Assembly: GCA_001443445.1 (NCBI GenBank)
Contig: LDXN01000008.1
Location: 3,707 to 67,706, forward strand
DNA from: Candidatus Dadabacteria bacterium CSP1-2
Lineage (GTDB): Bacteria; Desulfobacterota_D; UBA1144; Nemesobacterales; CSP1-2
DNA length: 64,000 bases
Direction: 5' to 3'
Shown here: positions 51,227-61,142 of the stretch, in pieces
Position numbering within the stretch: position 1 is the stretch's first letter
Layout: every line of letters begins with the position of its first letter
The notes under the pieces: model-generated
The model's input: only the letters and a program-made list of their open reading frames with translations
Told to the model about the DNA's origin: nothing
Databases searched by the model: none
Position numbers and translations under genes: made by a program

Positions 51227-51428
51227 TAGGCGGGGATGGGAAACCCCACCTATCCGCATATTTCAATTTCCACCAGAAATAGGCGGGACTTTCCAGTCCC
51301 GCACTGATGGGCGGGGTTGGAATACCCCGACTTCGTTGTTTTATTTGCTTGAATATAAACATTCGATAGCAGCGACTTTCCAGTCGCGGATTTTTATAAT
51401 GGGGATATATATCGCGCCTAGAAGGCGC
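51227..51428. repeat. cluster of hairpin family C units (GCGGGACTTTCCAGTCCCGC, CGGGGTTGGAATACCCCG, GCGACTTTCCAGTCGCGG, GCGCCTAGAAGGCGC)
   Basis: Read directly. Part of a 955-bp non-coding spacer. Confidence 0.75.
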
Positions 51429-51626
51429 ACCTACGATTCATTTGGGTTGTTGTTTCCCATACTCGTAGGAGAGGCTTCCTTCGATGAACTCAGGACAGGT
51501 CTAGGCTCGAACCAACTGTGGTAAGCCAATACATGTAGGGCTCATTCCCCGAATGAGCCTTGACATTGAAGGCTGATGAAGGTATCAGCCCTACTCTAAA
51601 GATTTTTATGAGCCCGACGAATTATT

Positions 51627-51667
51627 GTAGAGACGACCCGCCGGGTCGTCTCTACTTTATTTATTCA
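51627..51667 (+). terminator. intrinsic terminator: GTAGAGACGACCCG-C-CGGGTCGTCTCTAC followed by TTTATTTATT
   Basis: 14-bp perfect stem plus T-tract. No annotated plus-strand gene upstream. Confidence 0.6.
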
Positions 51668-51811
51668 GATCTGTCCAGTTTTCGATTCTTTTTAGATGTA
51701 AATCTAGTTTTTAGGAAATCGTATTGCTCTAGTCTTAATCCAATAAGACCTGAGTTAATGATTTGGGTAACTGATGTTCTACACTTATACACTTAAGTAG
51801 GGATATAGGAT

Positions 51812-51960
51812 CGTCATTCCCGCAGTCCCCGATGAATTCCTCTTGGATAGCGGGAATCCATTTTGCTTTGTCATTCCCAAACGTTACCCGATAAAAACAT
51901 TCTGGTACAAGCTTTATTGGGAATCCAATGGATACCCGATAACTGCACTCGGGTATGACA
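51812..51960. mobile_element. two tandem family D elements (CGTCATTCCCGCAG...AGCGGGAATCCA; TTGTCATTCCC...GGGAATCCA...CCGATAA...CGGGTATGACAG)
   Basis: Same architecture as 38189-38271. Confidence 0.55.
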
Positions 51961-52016
51961 GAAGCGACGGATGCACGATTAACCTTCTGCACGCATTAAG
52001 CCTTGTCCAGCATTGG

Positions 52017-52119
52017 CAGGCGGGGTTGGAAAACCTCGTCTCATTGTGCAGGGTTAGAAAACCCTGCCTATCAGTGTATGTTAAGATTCTGGGGGATAGG
52101 CGGGACTTTCCAGTCCCGC
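52017..52119. repeat. hairpin family C cluster (GGCGGGGTTGGAAAACC, CAGGGTTAGAAAACCCTG, ATAGGCGGGACTTTCCAGTCCCGC) abutting the rlmD stop
   Basis: The last unit is identical to 51279-51302. Confidence 0.75.
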
Positions 52120-52120
52120 T

Positions 52121-53377
52121 TTATATGAGTCTTGAAAGCAACGCTACTGATTCAATATGATATGTCTGTGGGAACATATCAAATGGGCGAATTTTTATAA
52201 GTTTATAGCCAAACTCAGTAAGCGTCTTTAAATCCCTTGCCAAGGTTGGTGGATCGCATGAGACGTAAATGATTTTCTCTGGAGAAAGTTCTACTAGTCC
52301 TTTCAATATACCCTTTGCCCCTTCTCTCGGTGGGTCGAGAACAACTAAATCGAATTTATCATCCCTTTTAAGCGATTCTTCGACAAAAAGTTCGGCTGGA
52401 GTGGGATCAAAGATCACATTCCTTATTTGATCTGCCTCTGCACTCTTTTTTGCAAGCTTGATAGCCTTTGCGCTAACGTCAACCCCTACTACCTCTCTAG
52501 CCCTTTTTGCAATGTGAAGTGAAAAATTTCCAATCCCACAGTATAGGTCTAAAACCCTTTCGTGTCCTTTAAGATCTGACCATTCAACTAAAGTCTCAAC
52601 TAATCGCTCATTAATTTCTCTATTTGACTGAATGAAAACCGATGGAGTTGAATAGAACTTTAAGCCAGATTGAGTAAATTCAAAGTCCTCTTCATGATAT
52701 CCTGCTACCGATACGTTCCCTATCTCTAACGATTTTTTTATATGATCACGAAGGGTGTTAAGTTTCTTTGGATCCTTCTCACTGAATGGGACAAGAGAAA
52801 TGTGAGCAGTCTTTCCATCTGATGCTATATGAATCCTTGCCAAAGGGTAATGTGCATTAATCGAAGAAAGGCATTTAGTAAGACGAAAAATCGCTTCATT
52901 TATAATACTCGAAGCAATTGGACAACCTTCTATCGGGACTCGTTTTCGACTTCCCTCTTCATGGAATCCAAGATGATACCTTCCCTTTTGAAACCATGTT
53001 GAAAGGGTAACCCTATTTCTGTAGCTGTATTCTTCTAGAGAAGGAACTATTGGCTCAATCTCGATGCCTCTTAATCTACCAATTCTTTCAAGAGTTTCTC
53101 TTAGAATGCTTACTTTAGCAGCAAGTTGAGAAGGATACTTAAGATGTTGCAACTGGCACCCTCCACATTCCCCAAAAACAGGACAGGGCGCCTGAGTCCT
53201 TTCAGGAGAGGTTCTTAAAATCTCTTCAATAATTGCCTCAGCGTAACTACCTTTGTCCTTTGTGATTTTAACCTTTAAAACATCGCCAGGTAGCCCACCC
53301 TTTACAAAGACCACCTTACCATTGGCTCTAGCCATTCCTGCCCCGCCGAATGTGAGCTTTTCAATTTCGACTCGCAT
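52121..53377 (-). CDS. rlmD: 23S rRNA (uracil-C5)-methyltransferase RlmD/RumA
   Basis: TRAM domain, 4Fe-4S cluster Cys (CGGCQLQH), SAM MTase motifs (DLYCGIGNFS), catalytic PPR/Cys region. Confidence 0.85.
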   Translation of the reverse strand: MRVEIEKLTFGGAGMARANGKVVFVKGGLPGDVLKVKITKDKGSYAEAIIEEILRTSPERTQAPCPVFGECGGCQLQHLKYPSQLAAKVSILRETLERIGRLRGIEIEPIVPSLEEYSYRNRVTLSTWFQKGRYHLGFHEEGSRKRVPIEGCPIASSIINEAIFRLTKCLSSINAHYPLARIHIASDGKTAHISLVPFSEKDPKKLNTLRDHIKKSLEIGNVSVAGYHEEDFEFTQSGLKFYSTPSVFIQSNREINERLVETLVEWSDLKGHERVLDLYCGIGNFSLHIAKRAREVVGVDVSAKAIKLAKKSAEADQIRNVIFDPTPAELFVEESLKRDDKFDLVVLDPPREGAKGILKGLVELSPEKIIYVSCDPPTLARDLKTLTEFGYKLIKIRPFDMFPQTYHIESVALLSRLI

Positions 53378-53696
53378 GATATAACTTTAACTTAACAATT
53401 TCCAGTAGCTTGCTACAGGGTTTCAGCTGTCATCTCGAACGCACGTGAGAGATCTAGATTCCTCACGGAGCCTGTGCTGAGCCACTGCGAAGTATTCGGA
53501 AAGACACCACGTGTCATATTGCTTCGTCACTGCCTTTTATTTCCTTTTCTCGTTCTTTTCATTTCCCTCCGAACCACACTGCGGTTCAAAGAATACTCCA
53601 CTCGAAATAATTCTCCCCGAAATAACCAAAAGAACTGTCGTTTGTATGTTGATGCCCTGCAGCTTGCCTCAGGATTCATTATTGTATCCCAGCAAC

Positions 53697-54704
53697 CTAA
53701 ATTATAATCATAGCATCCCCATAACTCAGAAATCTGTATTCCTTTTCCATTGCCTCTTTATAGGCTTTAAGAATAAGCTCCCTGCCTGCAAATGCTGAGA
53801 CCAACATAAGAAGCGTTGAACGGGGAAGATGAAAATTTGTTATCAAAATATCAACAATTTGAAACTGGAAGCCAGGATAAATGAAAAGATCCGTATAGCC
53901 GAAAGCAGGCTGCACATTTCCATTTTTATCAAGAGCACCTTCTAGGGTTCTTACTACAGTGGTACCCGCAGCAACAATTCTTTTGCCCTCTCTCTTAGCC
54001 CTGTTTATAGCAAGAGCCGCTTCATCAGAGATTTCTCTATATTCCTGATGGATTTTGTGTTCTTCTACATTCTCAGTCTTAACTGGTTTAAAGGTTCCAG
54101 CCCCTAAATGTAATGTAATATAAAGAATTTCAATACCTTTTTGACGTATTTCGTCTAAAAGCCTTCTTGTGAAATGAAGCCCTGCCGTCGGAGCAGCAAC
54201 CGCTCCTTTCTTATCCGCATAAACCGTCTGATAGAAAATCCTATCCTTCTCTTCAGGCTGGCGTTTAATGTATGGAGGAAGAGGCATCCTTCCAGAGTGC
54301 TCTATGTAATCATCGGCATCCTCTTCAAACTCAATTATCCACTCATCTTTTCCATCTTTTAATACCTTTCCCTTAAAACCTCCATCAAATTCGATCTTCA
54401 TGTTGTGTTTGGGATTTTTCATAATGGCCTTCCAAAAACAAGCATTTATCCTATCTGTAAGCAGAACCTCCACTTTCTTGCCTTTGTCTTTTTTCCCGAA
54501 AAGCCTGGAAGGGATGACTTTTGTGTTGTTTAAAACAAGTATGTCCCCTTCTTTTAAGATTTGAGACAACTCAAAAAATCTTCTGTGTTCGATTTTTTGA
54601 TTATTTCTCCAAACAACCATCAACCTTGATTCCTCCCTATTAGAAACTGGATAGAATGCAATAAATTCATGAGGGAGTTCGTAATCAAAATCGGCTGTTT
54701 TCAT
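53697..54704 (-). CDS. queA: S-adenosylmethionine:tRNA ribosyltransferase-isomerase
   Basis: MKTADFDYELP, RMPLPPYI and FLSYGDAM. Confidence 0.9.
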   Translation of the reverse strand: MKTADFDYELPHEFIAFYPVSNREESRLMVVWRNNQKIEHRRFFELSQILKEGDILVLNNTKVIPSRLFGKKDKGKKVEVLLTDRINACFWKAIMKNPKHNMKIEFDGGFKGKVLKDGKDEWIIEFEEDADDYIEHSGRMPLPPYIKRQPEEKDRIFYQTVYADKKGAVAAPTAGLHFTRRLLDEIRQKGIEILYITLHLGAGTFKPVKTENVEEHKIHQEYREISDEAALAINRAKREGKRIVAAGTTVVRTLEGALDKNGNVQPAFGYTDLFIYPGFQFQIVDILITNFHLPRSTLLMLVSAFAGRELILKAYKEAMEKEYRFLSYGDAMIII

Positions 54705-54763
54705 TGAACCTATTCTACCCGAAGTGACCGCGGTTATGTTTGAAATAAAAACGAATTATTGCT

Positions 54764-54800
54764 GTAGTAGGGGCAGGTTTGAATCCTGCCCCTACAGTAG
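54764..54800. repeat. REP-like palindrome CTGTAGTAGGGGCAGG-TTTGAAT-CCTGCCCCTACAGTAG
   Basis: Read directly. Confidence 0.75.
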
Positions 54801-54912
54801 ACATGATTTGGTACAAGGTTGAATTCGTCTAATTGTATGTTGGTATAACTCTCTGGTATTTTGCCATCACAGTTGCTTGACGTCATCCCTGTTTTTTTAT
54901 ATCCGCCGTTGG

Positions 54913-55066
54913 GTAGGTAACGAGCAGACCTAGCGCCTGCACTATTATTTTGGGCAACCGTGGCTCGAGCGGGCTCGCCACAGGCAAGGCTTGCCCCTAC
55001 AAATAATATCCCGTGTATTTGATTCGGTTTGTGAAATAAAGGGCGAACACATAGGTTCGCCCCTAC
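54913..55066. mobile_element. RAYT relic: composite REP-like array enclosing about 40 nt homologous to the RAYT HuH coding region
   Basis: 55001-55040 reverse-translates to ...FHKPNQIHGILF, matching MPNHIHGIIF of copy B. It is flanked by GTAGGTAACGAGCAGACC..., GGGCAACCG[GTGGCTCGAGCGGGCTCGCCAC]...TTGCCCCTAC and GGGCGAACACATAGGTTCGCCCCTAC. The last CTAC supplies the argG stop codon. Confidence 0.7.
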
Positions 55067-56280
55067 TTACCTTTAACCTTTTCCAGAAGTTTCTTTATCG
55101 AAAGTCTTAATGCATTTATCCTTATAAACCCTGTTGCATCCTTCTGATTATAGACCTTTTCTTCCTCGAAGGTAGCCAAATCCTTCTGATATAAAGAAAA
55201 TGGAGAACGCCTGCCTGCAACTGATACAGTTCCTTTATAAATCTTCATTCTAGCCGTTCCAGACACATTCTTTTGAGACTCATTTATAGCAGCCTTCAGC
55301 ATTTCCATCTCAGGTGAATACCAAAACCCATAATAGATAAGCTCCGAAAATTTAGGAGTAAGCATGTCTCTTAGATGCATGACCTCTCTGTCCATTGTAA
55401 GAGACTCAACTGCTCTGTGTGCAGCATGAAGAATTGTACCACCCGGGGTCTCGTAAACACCGCGTGATTTTATTCCGACAAATCTGTTTTCCACCATGTC
55501 TACTCTTCCAACGCCGTTTTTTCCAGCAATTTTGTTTAGTTTATGAAGAAGTTCTACTGGAGAAAGTTCCTCCCCGTCAATCCTTACCGGCACACCCTTT
55601 TCAAAATCTATGTCAATGTAGGTAGGCTCGTTTGGAGCTTTATCGGGGGAAACTGTCATCTCAAACATATTTTCAGGTGGTTCAGCCCAAGGGTCTTCAA
55701 GTATTCCACCCTCGTAGCTTGTATGAAACAGGTTCCTATCGCAGCTATAGGGTTTTTCTTTAGTTACGGGAACGGGAATCCCATGACTTTTTGCATAGGT
55801 CATAAGATCCTTTCTCGATTTAAAATCCCACTCACGCCACGGAGCTATAACGCCAATAGCTGGGTTAAGCGCATAGTAGGTTAATTCAAACCTTACTTGA
55901 TCGTTGCCCTTTCCTGTTGCGCCATGTGATACCGCATCCGCATTTTCTTTTTTTGCAATTTCAATCTGCTTCTTTGCAATCAGAGGTCGTCCAAGAGAGG
56001 TCCCCATTAGATACATCCCTTCATAAACTGCGTTCGCGCGAAGGGCTGTAAAAACAAAATCCCTTACAAATTCATCTTTCAAATCCTCTACATACACTTT
56101 ACTGGCGCCTGTTTTTATAGCCTTTTCTTTTATCTCCTCTAAATCCTCCCCTTGACCTAGATCAGCAACAAACGCAATAACCTCTGCTTTGTATTGTTCA
56201 ATAAGCCATCTGAGTATCACGGATGTATCAAGGCCGCCAGAGTAAGCGAGTATTATTTTCCTAATATCTCCCATTTTCAA
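55063..56280 (-). CDS. argG: argininosuccinate synthase
   Basis: [10 protein letters not shown]-loop, 405 aa type I ArgG. Confidence 0.9.
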   Translation of the reverse strand: MKMGDIRKIILAYSGGLDTSVILRWLIEQYKAEVIAFVADLGQGEDLEEIKEKAIKTGASKVYVEDLKDEFVRDFVFTALRANAVYEGMYLMGTSLGRPLIAKKQIEIAKKENADAVSHGATGKGNDQVRFELTYYALNPAIGVIAPWREWDFKSRKDLMTYAKSHGIPVPVTKEKPYSCDRNLFHTSYEGGILEDPWAEPPENMFEMTVSPDKAPNEPTYIDIDFEKGVPVRIDGEELSPVELLHKLNKIAGKNGVGRVDMVENRFVGIKSRGVYETPGGTILHAAHRAVESLTMDREVMHLRDMLTPKFSELIYYGFWYSPEMEMLKAAINESQKNVSGTARMKIYKGTVSVAGRRSPFSLYQKDLATFEEEKVYNQKDATGFIRINALRLSIKKLLEKVKGK

Positions 56281-56376
56281 AAAACCTCCAATAATTCATT
56301 TTGAAGAAAGCTAAAGGCAAAGGTGTAAGCAAATCTTTAGACTTTTAAAATCAGGTAGTCTAAACAAATAAAGATT

Positions 56377-56904
56377 TCATTTACTCATCTGTTTATCCAG
56401 TTGACTTCCCCTAAGGTCATAAAAATAGAATGTTGCACCCTTACTCTCATAAAATTTCTCAAGTGAAAAACCGATATATTCTAGCTTTGCATCGTCATCA
56501 CCCCTATACGTAGTACGTTTCACTTCCTGGGAAAGCTTGCAAACAATTGGAATTTCGTTTGTAGGACTTTCATGACATAAAAATCGAAGTTCAAATTCGC
56601 CATCTACAGACATATTCCTTGGAATAGCAAACCCTACAGCCATCCTAGCATTTATTAGTTCAATTACCATGAGCTTAACCTTTCCAAAACCTTCGGCCTC
56701 CCCTCCGCCCTCAACCTCAAATGTATAGCCGTAAAAGTTAACGGGTATGTTACTCTCCTTCATCGAATCGAGATACCAATAATCCTCTGAAGTTAGCACA
56801 CACATAATCTGAAACATTTTAGCCTCCTGAAAACTACTAAATTCAAACCTTAAACTGGCGTAAGTAATGATAACATGCAATGAATACAGTCTAAACAAGC
56901 CCAA
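56377..56904 (-). CDS. hypothetical protein
   Basis: No recognisable motif. The probable start is the internal MFQIM. Overlaps the pgeF stop. Confidence 0.4.
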   Translation of the reverse strand: MGLFRLYSLHVIITYASLRFEFSSFQEAKMFQIMCVLTSEDYWYLDSMKESNIPVNFYGYTFEVEGGGEAEGFGKVKLMVIELINARMAVGFAIPRNMSVDGEFELRFLCHESPTNEIPIVCKLSQEVKRTTYRGDDDAKLEYIGFSLEKFYESKGATFYFYDLRGSQLDKQMSK

Positions 56905-57571
56905 TGAAGCTCAGTTGCTTCCCTACATTTTCACCATCCCTTCTATATGAATGAAAATCACTATTGCATTTTGTACAGATGTTCATTACCTCAATGTCCT
57001 TTACTCCCTCTTTAAATAGATTAATTCGATTCGCTCCCTTTAAATCAAGGATGTATTTAAGATTGCTTTTTCTAAATAAAAAGTCCTTCCAATTATCGAA
57101 TTTATCAATGAATTGAGACGCTACATCCTCACCAACCTCATAACAGCAACCTCCAATAGATGGACCAACCACGCAAGAAACTCCTGATGGTTCGATTCCA
57201 AATCTTTTTTTCATCTCAGTGAGGGTAGCTATCGGGACCTGTGAAAGGGTTCCTCGCCAGCCTGCATGAACTACAGCAACTAAAAGACCAGTTTTCTCCG
57301 CAAAAAGTATAGGAACACAATCCGCAGTAAAAACCCCAATACCTATTCCTCTTAAACCAGTTATAATCGCATCCCCTTTTTCCTTTGACATATCTTTGAA
57401 TCCATCATTTATGACGAAAACATCACTGCTATGTGTTTGATTTATAGTGGCAATGTTACTCAACCCGAAATATCTTGCAATATCAGATACGCTCCCATTG
57501 AATTTTTTGTTAGAAAATCCGTGAACTATCCCGCCGATTTTAGATAAACTCTGAGACTTAATCCAACTCAT
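56891..57571 (-). CDS. pgeF: purine nucleoside phosphorylase/laccase-domain protein YfiH (PgeF)
   Basis: DUF152 motifs TADCVPILF and HAGWRG. Confidence 0.85.
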   Translation of the reverse strand: MSWIKSQSLSKIGGIVHGFSNKKFNGSVSDIARYFGLSNIATINQTHSSDVFVINDGFKDMSKEKGDAIITGLRGIGIGVFTADCVPILFAEKTGLLVAVVHAGWRGTLSQVPIATLTEMKKRFGIEPSGVSCVVGPSIGGCCYEVGEDVASQFIDKFDNWKDFLFRKSNLKYILDLKGANRINLFKEGVKDIEVMNICTKCNSDFHSYRRDGENVGKQLSFIGLV

Positions 57572-58515
57572 TTTTCTAATAATTCAATCACAGCTTTAAT
57601 ATCATCAGGAATGGGGGCAGAGAATTCCACATTCTCTCCAGTCCTTGGATGCTTGAAGTTAAGCGTTAACGCATGAAGTGCCTGCCTTGCAAGGCACTTT
57701 GAGAGCCTATCCAACAACTCGGATTTATGTTTTTTTACACCATACATCTTATCACCCAATATCGGATAACCATTTTCAGCAAAATGGACCCTTATCTGAT
57801 GAGTTCTTCCAGTTTTAGGCTCAACTTCAACCATTGTCACTTCTTTATACCTTTTTATAACCCTCCATAAAGTAAACGCCTCCCTTCCTGCTCTGACCTT
57901 TGTTGTCATCTTAATTCTATTTTTAGGGTGCCTTCCTATGAGAGAAGAAAATGAACCTGATTCTCCTTTAATATCACCAACTACTAATGCTAAATACTTC
58001 TTTTTGGTTTCGTGTGATTTGAATTGATTTACAAGAGAATTATGAGCAATGTCGTTCTTGGCAACTACCATAACGCCAGAGGTGTCTTTGTCAAGCCTAT
58101 GCACTATCCCCGGTCTAAGTTTTCCCCCAATTCCCGAAAGACCAAGACATTTGTAAAGGAGCGCATTTACAAGAGTACCGTCTTTTATTCCAGCCCCAGG
58201 ATGCACTGTTATTCCCTGAGGCTTGTTAACCACAATAATGTCATCATCCTCATATATAATTGGAACCTGTATATCTTGGGGCTGAGCCTCCAGAGGTTCA
58301 GGGGAAACAAAAGTTACACAAACGTCCTCACCCCCGCTTAGTTTCTTCGATGGTCTTATTGGTTTGCCCTCTACTAAAATAAGACCTTCGTCCAGCATTC
58401 TTTTTATTTGAGAACGAGTAACACTTGTAAGAAGAGACGAAATAGCAACATCTGCTCTCTTGCCTGATAAGTCTTTTGGTATTTGAAACCTTTCTATGGA
58501 TTCTTCTTTATTCAT
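57568..58515 (-). CDS. rluD: 23S rRNA pseudouridine synthase, RluD-like (RluA family)
   Basis: S4 domain N-terminus, catalytic HRLDKDTSG. Confidence 0.9.
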   Translation of the reverse strand: MNKEESIERFQIPKDLSGKRADVAISSLLTSVTRSQIKRMLDEGLILVEGKPIRPSKKLSGGEDVCVTFVSPEPLEAQPQDIQVPIIYEDDDIIVVNKPQGITVHPGAGIKDGTLVNALLYKCLGLSGIGGKLRPGIVHRLDKDTSGVMVVAKNDIAHNSLVNQFKSHETKKKYLALVVGDIKGESGSFSSLIGRHPKNRIKMTTKVRAGREAFTLWRVIKRYKEVTMVEVEPKTGRTHQIRVHFAENGYPILGDKMYGVKKHKSELLDRLSKCLARQALHALTLNFKHPRTGENVEFSAPIPDDIKAVIELLEK

Positions 58516-58564
58516 ATTTAATTGCTTGGATAGATTTTAAAAAAAGTACTTTAATTCTGTATAA

Positions 58565-59734
58565 TTAGTGCTTACTTCCACCAGCTTTATATTGTATCTT
58601 TTGTTGATATAGCCTCATAGCCGAGCTTGCTATTACTCCAGGAACATCCTTATTTTTTGAAAGTGCTTGAAGTTCCTTATCCCTTAGGTGTCTTATAAAG
58701 CGAAGTGCTAAAGGTGGTGGTGTCTTAGGATTGTTAACCAAAGCTACTTTGACCTGGTAGTTTCTGGTCCATCTACGAGTAGAAGCAATCTGATTTAACA
58801 CCTCTTCGTTTGCGGTTTTTGATTGTACAATTAGTATAATCTCCATATCGGTAACACCTGGGTTCCTTATTGCAGAAACGGCTACCATTCTATTTGAATC
58901 ACGAATTAGGATCGTCCGTGCCGCTCTATTCCCTAAAAGAGCAAGTTTGATCCTTTGAGGAATGTTCATCTGCTTTATTTTATGAAATAGACTTTCACGC
59001 CTTCGCTCAACAGCCTCATCTATCTCTTCCCCAGTTTCCTCTGTAAGATCATTAGAGAAATCAATGCCATCGAGAAAAGATTCATTGATATCTTCAAGTA
59101 AAGTAGATTTAGCTTTCTCTTCTTCATCATCTGACGATATATCAGAATCAATAGCCTCTTCAGGAACATCCTCACTCGGATCATTTTTACTATCATATTT
59201 TGGATAATTGAGAGGAGCTTCACCTTTTTTAGCTAAATAAAGCTTAAAGATGGAAATAACCCTATCTAGTTTAGAGCGACTTATAGAAGGGTTCTTGGTT
59301 AGTGCTTCGACTATAACTTCTGACCTTAGGATACGTTTTTGATCATCTGTTATTAATTCGATAATGGGCGAACTATGAACTGTCTCGGCAAGAAAGGCGA
59401 TGGTATCATCATTTGTGGAAGGATTTAGTATTATCTTTTGAAGTTGAAACTCACTCGCTGTATTTCTAGCAATATAATCGAGGAGCTTAGGTGAAGTTGA
59501 TGTATCATCAAGTACTGTTCCAATTACTTCATCCGGCATTGATTTTAGAGAAGCCTTAGCCTCTTTACTTATTTCTTCATCTTCATCCAGAGTCAGGCTA
59601 TATAGAACCTTAACAAGATTCTTTGGCGGAATAGTAATAAGGCCCCGTGCCGCATTAAGACGAAGCTCTTTTGGAAGAGATGGATCAACAAACTCTTTTA
59701 AATAATCAGGAAGGTTCTTAATAAAATCTACCAT
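58565..59734 (-). CDS. hypothetical protein with helical repeats and an acidic linker
   Basis: 389 aa. D/E/S-rich central linker. No identifiable catalytic motif. Confidence 0.45.
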   Translation of the reverse strand: MVDFIKNLPDYLKEFVDPSLPKELRLNAARGLITIPPKNLVKVLYSLTLDEDEEISKEAKASLKSMPDEVIGTVLDDTSTSPKLLDYIARNTASEFQLQKIILNPSTNDDTIAFLAETVHSSPIIELITDDQKRILRSEVIVEALTKNPSISRSKLDRVISIFKLYLAKKGEAPLNYPKYDSKNDPSEDVPEEAIDSDISSDDEEEKAKSTLLEDINESFLDGIDFSNDLTEETGEEIDEAVERRRESLFHKIKQMNIPQRIKLALLGNRAARTILIRDSNRMVAVSAIRNPGVTDMEIILIVQSKTANEEVLNQIASTRRWTRNYQVKVALVNNPKTPPPLALRFIRHLRDKELQALSKNKDVPGVIASSAMRLYQQKIQYKAGGSKH

Positions 59735-59961
59735 CGTTTATTAGATTTATTTTATGTAAAAAAACCGATGTATACAAACATAAAATCAGCGATGATTTGA
59801 TACTGGAGTGGAGTAAGAAAAGAAGACTATTTCTTTTAAGACATCTTTCCCAATCAACAAATAAGTGAATCAGAGTCAAACTAAAGTTCAAGATTGAATT
59901 AGAAAATGATGTTCACTCCAGCAACCTGCACGGTATCATTAAATTTAAAGAAAGTAATAGA

Positions 59962-60100
59962 AGTCATTACGAGGGAGTGAAACGACCGAAGCAATCCCTT
60001 GAATACTCAGGCAGAGGGGTATAATGAGCCTACATAGTGTTAGCAATGGATTGCTTCACGGAGTTTACACTGAGTTTATCGAAGTGCTCGCAATGATAAC
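59962..60100. mobile_element. MITE-like element, family B copy 3 (GTCATTACGAGGG ... CTCGCAATGATAAC; subterminal GAAGCAATCCC / GGATTGCTTC)
   Basis: Read directly in a 470-bp spacer. Confidence 0.65.
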
Positions 60101-60203
60101 ATTTTCTCGTCCTCTCAATGAGAGGGTTGAGAACCTAACCAACCCCATCAGATTCCGCCAATGACAGAGAAAACCTTGTAGCAAGTTACAGAGAATTATC
60201 AAA

Positions 60204-61142
60204 TTAAATTCGAATAACACAGGGTATATGTTTTACTTTTTTTATCTTTTTGGATTTTGTAGAACTAAGCCGAGTTTCAACCATGTCCAAGGCACTGCCA
60301 TGACTAACTGATATTTCTAAAAAACCTGTACTTCCAATAATTGCTAGAAATTCACCCTTTGGAACTTCTGCATAAAATTGTGATATTCCCTTTATTACCT
60401 CACCACCTATATAAACCCTTGACTTAGGTTTTATGAGCTGAGCAGGTATGTTCGTAATAAGGTTTCCGAAAGAGTCTATGTAAATAACCTCGCCTATTAT
60501 TTCACTTCCCCGAACCACTGGCTCTTTAATCTGAAGCTTTACGGGCTTCCTTACTTGCCCGCCTAAATCATCTGCTGGTACACCGAGAGAAAGGTGAGCG
60601 GCGGCAGGAGCAAAAACGTCCCTTCCATCAAAAGTAGAACCCACTTTAGGAAGAATGTATTTCGGGTTTGAAATCTTGAATGCCTTAACTGATTTGAATT
60701 CACTATAAATAAAGGTAAAAATCCCGTTATCAGGTCCTAGAAAAATATAGTTGTCAGCTTGTACAACTATAGGCTTTCTTCTACTACCCACTCCAGGATC
60801 AACAATCACTATATGAATAGTCCCTTGAGGAAAGTAATGGTAGAAATTCCTAAGAATGAAAGCAGCTTGAAAAACATCCTGAGGTACTATTTCATGCGTG
60901 ATATCAGTAATTATTACTTCAGGATTTATTGAAAGTATAACCCCTTTCATCGCCCCACTATAGTGATCTTTTAATCCAAAATCGGTTGTTAAGGTTATGA
61001 TGCGTTCCATTTTAGTTTTCCATGTTTTCTTCTCATTCACTAATTCCCAATTCCTAATCCCCAATTCCCAAACTATAATATAAACGTTACACAATTTAAC
61101 GTGACAATAAAATGAAGCTCCATATCCTGGGTTCGGGAACAT
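60204..61142 (-). CDS. SAM hydroxide adenosyltransferase family protein (DUF62)
   Basis: LTTDFG, DPGVG. The probable start is the internal MERIITL (near 61020). The upstream ORF extension overlaps the MBL gene start. Confidence 0.75.
   Translation of the reverse strand: MFPNPGYGASFYCHVKLCNVYIIVWELGIRNWELVNEKKTWKTKMERIITLTTDFGLKDHYSGAMKGVILSINPEVIITDITHEIVPQDVFQAAFILRNFYHYFPQGTIHIVIVDPGVGSRRKPIVVQADNYIFLGPDNGIFTFIYSEFKSVKAFKISNPKYILPKVGSTFDGRDVFAPAAAHLSLGVPADDLGGQVRKPVKLQIKEPVVRGSEIIGEVIYIDSFGNLITNIPAQLIKPKSRVYIGGEVIKGISQFYAEVPKGEFLAIIGSTGFLEISVSHGSALDMVETRLSSTKSKKIKKVKHIPCVIRI

Noticed and set aside
51481-51570. GGTTCGAGCC-like segment, read as a tRNA T-arm on the minus strand
   Set aside because: No acceptor, D or anticodon stems could be built around it.
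51180-52160. Five small ORFs across the aroC-rlmD spacer
   Set aside because: Each is built largely from palindromic repeat sequence and they overlap each other. No coding signal.
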